Assembly: GCA_965205855.1 (NCBI GenBank)
Contig: OZ242184.1
Span: forward strand, 128,001 to 192,000
Length of the DNA: 64,000 nt
Origin: Thermodesulfobacteriota bacterium
GTDB taxonomy: Bacteria; Desulfobacterota_D; UBA1144; Nemesobacterales; Mycalebacteriaceae
Direction: 5' to 3'
Part shown: in pieces, positions 42,704 to 51,343 of the stretch
How positions within the stretch are numbered: position 1 is the stretch's first letter
Layout: every line of letters starts with the position of its first letter
Translations under genes and position numbers: made by a program
The notes under the pieces: model-generated
Databases searched by the model: none
What the model was told of the DNA's origin: nothing
What the model saw: the letters and a program-made list of their open reading frames with translations, nothing else

Positions 42704-42759
42704 AAGTCGGTATTTTATGGTTATTTTATAGAATGAAACAAGGCGGAAGAAATGTTTAA

Positions 42760-42864
42760 ATGTTTAAAAAGATACTCATTATTGTTTTTTTTCTCATTGC
42801 CGGGTTGCTTGGGTACCTGTATTTGGAAGACAGAGCAGCGGAAACAGCACAAAGAGCTAAATAG
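42760..42864 (+). CDS. putative 34-aa single-TM small protein, or truncated gene remnant
   Basis: MFKKILIIVFFLIAGLLGYLYLEDRAAETAQRAK*; below the ORF-track length cutoff. Confidence 0.4.
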   Translation: MFKKILIIVFFLIAGLLGYLYLEDRAAETAQRAK

Positions 42865-42964
42865 TACTGTGCAGTACAGAGTTTGGGCGGAAAAGGAGCG
42901 GGAAAAACGTTACGTTAACATGTTCGGTATTAAAAGGTGTTTGTCCGTTTTGTCTGTTGGATTA

Positions 42965-45412
42965 TCATCCGCATTTTGAGTAGCCGCAGGACATGCATGA
43001 CACGCACCCCGATTCAAAAGCAAGGGATGTGCTGTCGCATTCAGGGCAGTTGGCGAACCGCAAATCTTTTGAAATCTCGGTCTCAATTTCGTTTTTGTCC
43101 CCGAAGTGGTTTTTAAGCACCGCCGCAACCGCATCCGGAATGGACATGACAAGCTTTCCTTCCGAAAATACCGGAGAAGCACCCCCGATTCCCTCAAGTT
43201 GCTTGACTATCTGGTTCGGGCTTATGCCAGCTCTTAAGCTCAGGGAGGCGAGCCTTCCTATTGCTTCGGCATCCGCCATCGCCGTGTAGCCGGACTTGCC
43301 GATTTGAACAAACACTTCAAAGGGTTTTCCCTCGGAAGTGTTGACCGTAACATACAGGTTGCCGTGCCCCGTGCGCACAACCTCAGTAAAGCCATTAAGC
43401 ACCTGTGGTCTTTCTTTTTTCTCCACAGGAGATTTTTTTAAGGGATGAGGAGACGAGGTGAGGTTGGGGTGAGTGGCTTGTGAAATCTCCCCATCCCTAT
43501 TTTTTTCATTTTCATTTTCTTGTTGTTCCGTAATTAGGACTCCATCTCTGGACCCCTCTCTGTAAATGGTTACGCCCTTGCAACCGTTTTTCCACGATTG
43601 AAAGTAGATATTCTCAACCTCTTCAAGCGAAACGTCGTTTGGAAGGTTCACGGTGCTTGAGATGCAGGAATCTATATGTTTTTGTATTGTGGACTGTATG
43701 CGCACCCTGAACTTCGGCTTGATGTCATGGGAGGTTATAAAAGTGTCCGGCAGGTCTTTTTCGTCCGAAAGGCCGAATTTTTCCATATACGCTCCGACAA
43801 GCGGGTGAAAGACCTTAAACTGCTCTTTGGAGAGAGACTCCGACCTTCTGAAGTAGGAAAGGGCGAATATGGGCTCAATGCCGCTTGATGTGCCGGCAAG
43901 AACCGAACCGCTTCCCACCGGGGGAACGGTTAGAATGCATGCGTTCCTCAGTCCGTTCTTTTTGACTTTTTCAAGCACCTCTTTGTCAAGAGAGTCAAGA
44001 AACGGGCTTTTGAAGTGCTCCTGCGGGTCATATACCGGAAAAGTTCCTTTTTCTTCGGCGAGTTTGGAGCTTGAGGAATAGACCGTGTTTTTTATATGTG
44101 TGAAAAGCTTGTCCGTGAACTTAACGGCGTCATCGGAATCGTATTTTTTGCCCAGTTTCACAAGCATATCGCCGAATCCCGTGAAGCCCACTCCTATGCG
44201 CCTTGAGCGCTGCGACGACTCCGTCTGAAAACTCAGCGGATGTTTCTCTTTATTGTAGTCCAGTATGTTGTCAAGAAAACGCACCGAGTAGGAGAGGGAG
44301 CGGTCAAGTTTCTCCCAGTCAACACAAGACTCCTTTGTGAACTCGTCTTTTACAAACAGGCTGAGATTTATGTTGCCGAGGCAGCAGTTTCCGTAGTTCT
44401 CAAGGGCTTGCTCACTGCAGGGATTAACCCCCTCAACTTCCATTCCCCCGTATTCAGTAGGAGAGAAACGTTTGACGGCGTCCCAGAAGATAAGGCCCGG
44501 CTCGGCCGAAGACCAGGCGGATTTTACAAGCCGCTTCCAGATGTCTCTGGCTTTTACGGTCTTTCTCATGCGGAACTTTTTACTGTCATATTCAAGGTCA
44601 AAATCGCTGTCTTTCTCAACCGCCTTCATGAATTTATCTGATACCTTCACGGATATGTTTGCAAATTTCACCTGCGACCTTTCCTGATCGTTTTTAATGT
44701 CCAGAAAGTCGATAATATCCGGGTGGTTGACGTCTATTGTTATCATCAGAGCGCCCCGTCTTCCCGCCTGACCGATTGTGCCGGTGGTTGTGGAAAGAAG
44801 ATTCATAAAAGAGACGGCTCCAGTTGAATGAATCGCCGAGTTATTTACCGGCGCCCCCTTCGGTCTCAGAACGGAAATGTCGGTGCCAACGCCACCGCCG
44901 AAAGAATATGTTCTCGCCGCCTCTTTGCACCATTCAAAAATTCCCTCTATGGAGTCTTTTTTTATGGGCATAAAGTAGCAGTTAAGAAGGGTTGAGCGTC
45001 TTGTCTGTCCGGCACCGAACAGAATTCTTCCTCCGGGAATAAAACGGAAGTTGGACAGAAGCCAGTAGAATTTCTCCGTCCATTCCTCTCTCAATTCCCC
45101 GGTTTGCTCGGTTGATGCCATTTCAGTTGCGACCCTTCTCCACATCTGCTCGGGCAGGTTTTCAACGGTACAGCCGTCTTCGTTTTTCAGGGCGTATTTC
45201 TCAAAAAATACCCTTGCGCGAAGCTCGTCCCCCTCAAATGCTTCCAAGGTTTCATTCGGGAGTCCGGTGTCGTTCTGTTCCTTGGGAACAAGCCTGGGAA
45301 CATCGGGCTTTTCCTTGTTTGAAAAAACCGTATCGTTTGAAAGCGCGTTTTTAGGTAGTTCAAAGATGTTATCTTCCCGTTCAGTTGGGATGTTATTGTC
45401 AGAATTGTCCAT
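42965..45412 (-). CDS. nrdJ: adenosylcobalamin-dependent ribonucleotide reductase (class II)
   Basis: PGGRIL, LLNCY, GGGVG, RRGALM, NPCSEQ, NCCLG, KGVTIYR, C-terminal TSCPD-like domain and CxxC..CxxC. Start taken at MDNSD after a GGGG SD. Confidence 0.93.
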   Translation of the reverse strand: MDNSDNNIPTEREDNIFELPKNALSNDTVFSNKEKPDVPRLVPKEQNDTGLPNETLEAFEGDELRARVFFEKYALKNEDGCTVENLPEQMWRRVATEMASTEQTGELREEWTEKFYWLLSNFRFIPGGRILFGAGQTRRSTLLNCYFMPIKKDSIEGIFEWCKEAARTYSFGGGVGTDISVLRPKGAPVNNSAIHSTGAVSFMNLLSTTTGTIGQAGRRGALMITIDVNHPDIIDFLDIKNDQERSQVKFANISVKVSDKFMKAVEKDSDFDLEYDSKKFRMRKTVKARDIWKRLVKSAWSSAEPGLIFWDAVKRFSPTEYGGMEVEGVNPCSEQALENYGNCCLGNINLSLFVKDEFTKESCVDWEKLDRSLSYSVRFLDNILDYNKEKHPLSFQTESSQRSRRIGVGFTGFGDMLVKLGKKYDSDDAVKFTDKLFTHIKNTVYSSSSKLAEEKGTFPVYDPQEHFKSPFLDSLDKEVLEKVKKNGLRNACILTVPPVGSGSVLAGTSSGIEPIFALSYFRRSESLSKEQFKVFHPLVGAYMEKFGLSDEKDLPDTFITSHDIKPKFRVRIQSTIQKHIDSCISSTVNLPNDVSLEEVENIYFQSWKNGCKGVTIYREGSRDGVLITEQQENENEKNRDGEISQATHPNLTSSPHPLKKSPVEKKERPQVLNGFTEVVRTGHGNLYVTVNTSEGKPFEVFVQIGKSGYTAMADAEAIGRLASLSLRAGISPNQIVKQLEGIGGASPVFSEGKLVMSIPDAVAAVLKNHFGDKNEIETEISKDLRFANCPECDSTSLAFESGCVSCMSCGYSKCG

Positions 45413-45442
45413 TTCTTTTCCCCTTTTGTTCAATGTAGCCGA

Positions 45443-45490
45443 ATTCAACATTTCGTGCCACAAGGATTATTAGACTACCATATATTGTGG
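45443..45490. promoter_or_regulatory. tandem NrdR boxes
   Basis: ctaCcAtATaTtGtgg (45475-45490) and attCaAcATtTcGtgc (45443-45458) match acaCwAtATaTwGtgt; starts are 32 bp apart, upstream of nrdJ. Confidence 0.8.
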
Positions 45491-45580
45491 TAAATCAAGG
45501 AATAAAAATATATATCAAAAATTCTTTAAAAAAATTCTTTATTTTGAAGGGCTTAAAGGTTAATACTTACTATGAAGTTA

Positions 45581-46195
45581 ATGTCTAAAGACAGTTTTAC
45601 AGAGAGAATCAACGATTTGTGGTTCGGGAAAATGGGCGAAAATGGTCTTTGCAGTCCTGAAAAGTCTTCCGCATGGTTCAGGAAAGACAACGCATTTGAC
45701 CGTCATGTGAAGCGGGAGTTCGGCAGTTTGTTGCCTCTTGTACAGAAGGGGGAGCTCAACCGGATGAAGGAAACCCCTCGCGGTGCACTGGCTTTTATAA
45801 TCCTTACCGACCAGTTTCCCAGAAACATATACCGGGGTCTGCCGGAATCTTTCTCTTTTGACGCTTTGGCGCTTTCTGTGTGTAAAAAAGGAATGGATGC
45901 GGGATATGACGCTTCTCTTTTTCCGATGGGAAGAGTTTTCTTTCATATGCCGCTTATGCATTCGGAAGATATTGAGATTCAGAAAATATCCGTAAAAACC
46001 TTTTCGTCTCTCGCGGATGAGTTCAAAAACTCTCCTGAAGTTTTCAAATTTCTGAACGGCTCCGCCGATTTCGCGCGCCGGCATTTTAATATTATTGAGA
46101 AATTCGGCAGATACCCGCACAGGAATAAAATACTCGGACGCGAATCAACGCCCGAGGAAACGGAGTTTTTGAAACAGGACGAGAGTGGGTTTTAG
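45581..46195 (+). CDS. DUF924 family protein
   Basis: WFRKD..FD, IILTDQFPRNIYRG, FFHMPLMHSED, FGRYPHRN..LGRESTPEE. Start is 45572 or 45581. Confidence 0.92.
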   Translation: MSKDSFTERINDLWFGKMGENGLCSPEKSSAWFRKDNAFDRHVKREFGSLLPLVQKGELNRMKETPRGALAFIILTDQFPRNIYRGLPESFSFDALALSVCKKGMDAGYDASLFPMGRVFFHMPLMHSEDIEIQKISVKTFSSLADEFKNSPEVFKFLNGSADFARRHFNIIEKFGRYPHRNKILGRESTPEETEFLKQDESGF

Positions 46196-46199
46196 GGAA

Positions 46200-46907
46200 A
46201 TGATGAATAATTTATTTCTTTGATTTGTTTTAAAAATGTTCCGGTTGTTTTCCCTCTGTATGACGGATGAGGTCTGACAAAAACCTTTTGCCGGTTTTTA
46301 ATAAAGTTTCTTTTTTCTCTTCTTCCTTTTTAAACCCCGTGCTTTCGCAAACAATTATGTCGGGATTGAAGATTTTTACCTCATCAATAAAAACCCGAGT
46401 TTAATTTCTTTTTTGAAGTGCTTTCTGTCTTAGCTTCCCGCCCTGCCCTTTTTTTTTACGAAGACAAACTTATGGAAATTAGTCAAGGATATGTAATAAA
46501 GCGGATTTTTTTCCGACAAAAGTTCTTTTTGTTTACAGTATTTTCTGGCATGTTTGAAATTTTTTATTTTATTCCAATTGTTTTTTTTCACCCCAGCTCT
46601 TTTTTAGAAAATATAATGCCGTGAAATATATTCCCGCGATATGGGATTGTGCCTGTACAAATCTTTTTCTTTTATGCTTGAATTTTTTTCTGAAAAATTG
46701 ATGACCCCTTCTCTGTCCTTGTCCGTCTCTATATAAAGTCTCATTATCAGAATTTTTGTTGATTTTCCGTAAGTTGAGTCAATACGTGTAACAGGCAAGT
46801 CGTCTGTCCGGAAATTCGGTTGTTAATCTGTCCTCTTTGTTTATCCCACAATTCTTGAAAAAACTCTCGTGGAGGTTTGTCAGCTTCTGTTTCAATTCTT
46901 TATTCAT
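46200..46907 (-). pseudogene. frameshifted uracil-DNA-glycosylase-like gene remnant
   Basis: Minus-strand fragments MNKELKQKL.. / LPVTRIDSTYGKSTKILIM / YISLTNFHKF / FIDEVKIFNPDIIVC / KVFVRPHPSYR; AT-rich, several stops and frameshifts. Confidence 0.55.
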
Positions 46908-46948
46908 TGGACAGAGCGGATATTCTAATTCACAATTACTTTTCCACA

Positions 46949-47362
46949 ATGAAACTCCTCGCCTTTGATGTCGGAACAAAAACCATCGGTGTCGCCGCAA
47001 GCGACGAACTTGGCATAGTCGCAACGGGTCTCGGCACGGTCGCGCGAAAGGATGAAAAAAGCGACCTTGAATCCCTCGCCGTTTTTGTGTCGGAACGCAA
47101 GCCGGAGCGCATAGTTGTCGGAATTCCCTTAAGCGCAGACGGCTCTCTCGGAAAAAGAGCGGTTGAAATAAAGCGGTTCGCACAAACCGTCGGGTCGCAT
47201 TGCGGGGTAGAAACGGTTTTCTGGGACGAAAGTTTTTCAACCGTTGAGGCGGACAAGGCGCTGATAAAAGGCGGAATGGGCAGAAAGAGAAGAAAAAAAA
47301 TTGTTGATAAAGTGGCCGCAGTCGTTATTTTGCAACAGTATCTTGACAGTTTGGAGGGTTGA
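46949..47362 (+). CDS. ruvX: Holliday junction resolvase-like RuvX/YqgF
   Basis: LLAFDVGTKTIGVA, VVGIP, WDESFST, VDKVAAVVILQQYL. Confidence 0.95.
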   Translation: MKLLAFDVGTKTIGVAASDELGIVATGLGTVARKDEKSDLESLAVFVSERKPERIVVGIPLSADGSLGKRAVEIKRFAQTVGSHCGVETVFWDESFSTVEADKALIKGGMGRKRRKKIVDKVAAVVILQQYLDSLEG

Positions 47363-48160
47363 ATGCCTTTTGCCAATGTGAACGGAGTGAAAGTTAACTA
47401 CGAGGAGCACGGCTCCGGCAAGCCTGTTTTTCTTATCGGCGGACTCGGAAGCACCTTGCAAAGTTGGGACGATCAAGTCCGTATCTATTCAAAATATTTC
47501 AAAACGGTGGTTTTCGACAACAGAGGGTCAGGTCTTTCGGATAAACCGGACGGCCCGTATTCAACCGAAGATATGGCGGACGATGTTGTTGCTCTTGCGG
47601 ACTTTCTCAGAATAGAAAAAGCGTCTTTTGTTGGCAAATCAATGGGCGGCATGATAGCTCAGTGGATTGGCATCAAATATCCCGAAAGGGTGGAAAAACT
47701 TGTAATGGGTTGCGCGTCCGCGCGCAGGGACGATGTGGGCAACCTGATACTTGAAACCGGCAGGCATATATCGGAAAAAGCCGGAATGGAAGCGGTTTGG
47801 CTTATGGCGCTTTTCCTCGGCTACGGAAGAAAATACATTGAGGACAATCTCGATGAAATAAAAGAGCGGCTTGCCAGCATCAACGCAAGCTCCGAAGACA
47901 TAGCCGGTTATCACGGACAGTGCGGTGCGTGCGAAAGACATGAGACAAGCGGTCTTCTGAGCCGCGTAAAGGCGCCGACCCTTGTGATGTTTGGCACCGA
48001 AGACAACATTACAGACCCCAAACGCGCTGCGGAGACGGCGGAGTTGATACCGAACTCAACCGTTCGCGCGTTTGAAGGGGCGGGACACGGTTTCTGGCGC
48101 GAAAGAAGAGAGGAGGCAGATGCTTTGGTAATTGACTTTCTTCGGGACAACGCTGTTTAA
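47363..48160 (+). CDS. alpha/beta-fold hydrolase
   Basis: FDNRGSGLS, nucleophile elbow GKSMGG, GTED, GAGHG. Confidence 0.92.
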   Translation: MPFANVNGVKVNYEEHGSGKPVFLIGGLGSTLQSWDDQVRIYSKYFKTVVFDNRGSGLSDKPDGPYSTEDMADDVVALADFLRIEKASFVGKSMGGMIAQWIGIKYPERVEKLVMGCASARRDDVGNLILETGRHISEKAGMEAVWLMALFLGYGRKYIEDNLDEIKERLASINASSEDIAGYHGQCGACERHETSGLLSRVKAPTLVMFGTEDNITDPKRAAETAELIPNSTVRAFEGAGHGFWRERREEADALVIDFLRDNAV

Positions 48161-48182
48161 TAGAGGAAAAGGAGGCGATTTT

Positions 48183-48620
48183 ATGAGGTTTTTATATAAG
48201 ACGGACGGCAATGTTGCGGGTTTGATAGCGAGGGTTTTCCTTGGAGTGGTTATTCTTCCTCACGGTTTTCCAAAACTTTTGACTTTTGAGCAGACGGTAA
48301 ACGGATTAATGTCCGGGGCTTTGCTTCCATATTACGTAGCGGTTTTGGTTGTAATCGGAGAATCGGTCGGTGCGTTTTCGCTTATAATCGGTTTTATGTC
48401 GCGTTTCTGCGCGGCTTCAATGATAGTCATCATGGTGGGCGCGGTGCAGTTGTTTCATCTTAAACACGGGTTTTTTATGAACTGGAAGGGAAATCAGATG
48501 GGGGAAGGATATGAATACCATATTCTCGTTGTGGGTCTTGCGCTGGTTGTTGTCGCCTGCGGCGGCGGCAGGTTTTCCGTTGACGGGCTGATTACAAGGT
48601 TTTTACACAGAGGGAATTGA
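48183..48620 (+). CDS. DoxX family membrane protein
   Basis: RVFLGVVILPHGFPKL, GFFMNW, GYEYHIL, GGGRFSVD; AAGGAGG SD. Confidence 0.9.
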   Translation: MRFLYKTDGNVAGLIARVFLGVVILPHGFPKLLTFEQTVNGLMSGALLPYYVAVLVVIGESVGAFSLIIGFMSRFCAASMIVIMVGAVQLFHLKHGFFMNWKGNQMGEGYEYHILVVGLALVVVACGGGRFSVDGLITRFLHRGN

Positions 48621-48851
48621 CTTGCTAGCGAGAAGAACCGGAATGCCGTTTTTCACGCCGTAAACTCTGCTCCGGTCTTCGGTTTCAAGAAAATCGTCCG
48701 CGGTTTCCGTAACGAGGTTTCCTGCGCTGTCTGTAATTTCGCCTTTTTCTATGAGGGAGTTTATTTTTGCACGGGTGTCGTGCTCCGCCCGCCGGAGCCG
48801 CTGCCCGGTTTCGGGGCAGATGAGCATGTCGATAAGCTGTTTGTCAATCAT
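48603..48851 (-). CDS. Trm112-like protein
   Basis: LIDMLICPETGQRL...YGVKNGIPVLL. Confidence 0.85.
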   Translation of the reverse strand: MIDKQLIDMLICPETGQRLRRAEHDTRAKINSLIEKGEITDSAGNLVTETADDFLETEDRSRVYGVKNGIPVLLASKSIPSV

Positions 48852-48866
48852 ACGGCGGCAGGTCTC

Positions 48867-49190
48867 TTATTCCGCTTTCGCGGACCGCACCGCTTTCTCA
48901 AGGTCTCCGCTTTGAAACATCTCCTCGCAGATATCGCAACCGCCTATGAACTCTCCATTCACATAAAGTTGCGGAATTGTGGGCCAGCTTGAAAAATCCT
49001 TGACTCCCTGGCGGATTTCCTCGTTTTCCAGCACATTGACCGTTTCATACCGCACGCCCAGGGTGTTGAGTATCTGTATGACTCTTGCCGAAAATCCGCA
49101 CATGGGCTCCTCTCTTGTTCCCTTCATATAGAGAAGAACCGGGTTGCTCTCCACCTGCGAGCCGATTTTGTTTTTGATATCCTCAGACAT
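48867..49190 (-). CDS. grxD: monothiol glutaredoxin Grx4
   Basis: LYMKGT..PMCGFS, WPTIPQLY..GEFIGGCDI. Confidence 0.97.
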   Translation of the reverse strand: MSEDIKNKIGSQVESNPVLLYMKGTREEPMCGFSARVIQILNTLGVRYETVNVLENEEIRQGVKDFSSWPTIPQLYVNGEFIGGCDICEEMFQSGDLEKAVRSAKAE

Positions 49191-49193
49191 TGC

Positions 49194-49442
49194 TTATCCT
49201 CCCGTTTTCAGAATTTCGTCCCACTGCTGCGGAGTGTAGGCTTTTATTGACAGAGCGTGAATATCCCTCTTCATCGCGTCTCCAAGAGCGGAATACACAA
49301 GTTTGTGCCTGTCCACCTGCGTTTTCCCTTCAAAATTGCCGGAAACCACAACGGTTTCAAAATGAGTTCCGTCTCCGACAACCTCAACATGGTTTGCATC
49401 AAGCGATTTTTCTATGGTTGATTTGATGCTTTCCGGGCTCAT
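49194..49442 (-). CDS. BolA/IbaG family protein (82 aa)
   Basis: C-terminal part of the 257-aa track ORF: GDGTHFETVVVS..FEGK..VDRHKLVY..IHALSIKAYTP. Confidence 0.93.
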   Translation of the reverse strand: MSPESIKSTIEKSLDANHVEVVGDGTHFETVVVSGNFEGKTQVDRHKLVYSALGDAMKRDIHALSIKAYTPQQWDEILKTGG

Positions 49443-49449
49443 GAGTGAT

Positions 49450-49478
49450 ATTATCTTTGGCGAAAAAGTAGTTGTCAA
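49450..49478 (-). promoter_or_regulatory. sigma70 promoter, leaderless bolA
   Basis: Minus strand TTGACA-N17-GATAAT, 7 nt before ATG 49442; no SD. Confidence 0.6.
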
Positions 49479-49497
49479 CAACCGGAGGAAAACCACA

Positions 49498-49938
49498 ATG
49501 CTTGTATCGGAAATAATGTCAAGTCCCGTAAAAACAGTGCTGGAAAGCTCCCTGTTGAAGGATGTGGCCGCGGCAATGGTTGAGTCTTCATTCGGCTGTC
49601 TTCCGGTTGTGGATGATGACGGATTGCTTGTCGGAGTAATATCTGAGACGGATTTTATCGGCACAATGGGCAGCGTTCCATTTTCCAGGGAAACCGGGCA
49701 TTTGCTTTTCGGGCAATGGACTGACGGGAAAGGAATTGTGAAATGCTGCAGAGAAGCCGCGAATCTGGAAATGAAGGATTTTATGCAGACCGATGTTGTT
49801 ACGGTTGAGGAAAACGACACTGTTGAGGATGCGGTTACAAAGATGTTGAAGGCGCGCGTTCGCAGGATTCCCGTTGTGAAAGACGGCAAACCCGTGGCGA
49901 TATTTACCAGAAAAGACCTTCTGAAACTTTTTGTTTGA
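49498..49938 (+). CDS. CBS domain protein
   Basis: VSEIMSSPV, CLPVVDDDGLLVGVISETD, RRIPVVKDGK..IFTRKDLL; GGAGG SD. Confidence 0.92.
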   Translation: MLVSEIMSSPVKTVLESSLLKDVAAAMVESSFGCLPVVDDDGLLVGVISETDFIGTMGSVPFSRETGHLLFGQWTDGKGIVKCCREAANLEMKDFMQTDVVTVEENDTVEDAVTKMLKARVRRIPVVKDGKPVAIFTRKDLLKLFV

Positions 49939-51343
49939 AAGCCGCCAGGTTTCTGTTTTGTATTCAAGAATAATTGTCGCGGGCGAGCGGAGCGGATGTG
50001 GAAAAACCGCGATTTCCCTTGCGGTTATGAACGCCCTTTCGTGCAGAGGAATTAAGGTGCAGGGTTTCAAAACCGGCCCGGACTACATTGACACCTCGCA
50101 CTACGAGACAAGAACGGGAAGAAAAGGCAGAAACATAGACCTGTGGATGACAGCGCCGAATGATTCCTTTGAGCTTTTCCGCCACAACGCCCCGGCTGGC
50201 GGAATTTCGGTCATAGAGGGGGTTATGGGTCTTTATGACGGGGCGTATCCGGACAATACGGCAAGTACGGCGCATACGGCGAAATTCCTTCGCGCTCCCG
50301 TAATCCTTGTTCTGGACTCTTCAAAAAGCCCCAACTCCGCGGCTGCGACCGCGCTCGGGTTCAAGATGTTTGACCCCGAAGTGAACATCGCGGGATTTAT
50401 TCTCAACCGCGTCCCTTCACCGCGGGGAGCGCAAACTGCCGCAAGAGAGATAACGCGCAAAACCGGCGTTCCCGTTCTGGGTTTTATGCCGGTTGAGGGC
50501 GAACTCGCCATTGGCTCAAGGCATCTCGGCCTTGTTCACGCCGCAGAATCTCCGGTGCGCCGTGAAGTTCTGTCAACCGAAGCTGCTGTTGCAGAAAAAT
50601 TTCTGGATATTGACAGCATTGAAAAAATCGCGCGTTCGGCTCCACGGGACGGTTGGGCGGAAGAACGGGATTCTGACTCCCTTTATCCGCGAATTCCGAA
50701 ACCCCAGCGCGTCCGGCTTGCGATCGCGTATGACAAGGCGTTCTCTTTCTACTATGAAAACACCCTTGACCTTTTTTCGCTCTGGGGTTGTGAGACGGCG
50801 TTTTTCTCTCCGCTTTCGGACGAGAGTTTGCCCGAGGGCTCGGACGCTGTTTTTCTGGGAGGGGGGTTTCCTGAACTTTACTGCCCGGAACTTGAGGAAA
50901 ATGTTCCCATGAGAGACAGTTTGCGCCGTTTTGCCGAGGGAGGCGGGGCGGTTTACGGGGAATGCGGAGGGATGATGTATCTGGGCGCGAGCATAACGGA
51001 CTTGAACGGACGGAGGTTTGGGATGTGCTCGGTGCTGCCAGCGGATTTTGAGATGCGTCCGAAACTTCAGTCCCTGGGTTACAGAGAGGTTTGCGCCACA
51101 AAAGACTCGGGTTTTTTCCGTTCTGGAGACAGGGAGAGAGGACATGAGTTTCACTACTCGACCCTTTCAGGCGGACATACCGGCGGATTTTTTGAGATAA
51201 CAAAATCTGCCGGCGACAGATCTCGCGGCGGAATTGATTTCCGCAACACAACCGCCTCTTACATTCACCTGAATTTTCTGTCTTCAGGGCTTGTAAAACT
51301 TTTGCCGCAAAGAATAAAACCCGAAACGGAAGGGGCAATTTGA
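49931..51343 (+). CDS. cobB: cobyrinate/hydrogenobyrinate a,c-diamide synthase
   Basis: SGCGKT, FKTGPDYID, EGVMGLYDG, SRHLGL, AFSFYY, GGGFPE, YGECGGMMYL, GHEFHYS. Confidence 0.93.
   Translation: MFESRQVSVLYSRIIVAGERSGCGKTAISLAVMNALSCRGIKVQGFKTGPDYIDTSHYETRTGRKGRNIDLWMTAPNDSFELFRHNAPAGGISVIEGVMGLYDGAYPDNTASTAHTAKFLRAPVILVLDSSKSPNSAAATALGFKMFDPEVNIAGFILNRVPSPRGAQTAAREITRKTGVPVLGFMPVEGELAIGSRHLGLVHAAESPVRREVLSTEAAVAEKFLDIDSIEKIARSAPRDGWAEERDSDSLYPRIPKPQRVRLAIAYDKAFSFYYENTLDLFSLWGCETAFFSPLSDESLPEGSDAVFLGGGFPELYCPELEENVPMRDSLRRFAEGGGAVYGECGGMMYLGASITDLNGRRFGMCSVLPADFEMRPKLQSLGYREVCATKDSGFFRSGDRERGHEFHYSTLSGGHTGGFFEITKSAGDRSRGGIDFRNTTASYIHLNFLSSGLVKLLPQRIKPETEGAI

Noticed and set aside
42962-42970. 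TGA after the C-terminal KCG of NrdJ as selenocysteine
   Set aside because: Followed at once by TAA, and the C-terminus is already canonical.
42752-42979. 75-aa ORF after atpC
   Set aside because: No recognisable features and it overlaps the nrdJ stop; the alternative frame from 42760 looks more protein-like.
49443-49967. N-terminal 175 aa of the 257-aa minus ORF, suggesting a BolA fusion
   Set aside because: This part is the antisense of the CBS gene; BolA has its own promoter and ATG at 49442.
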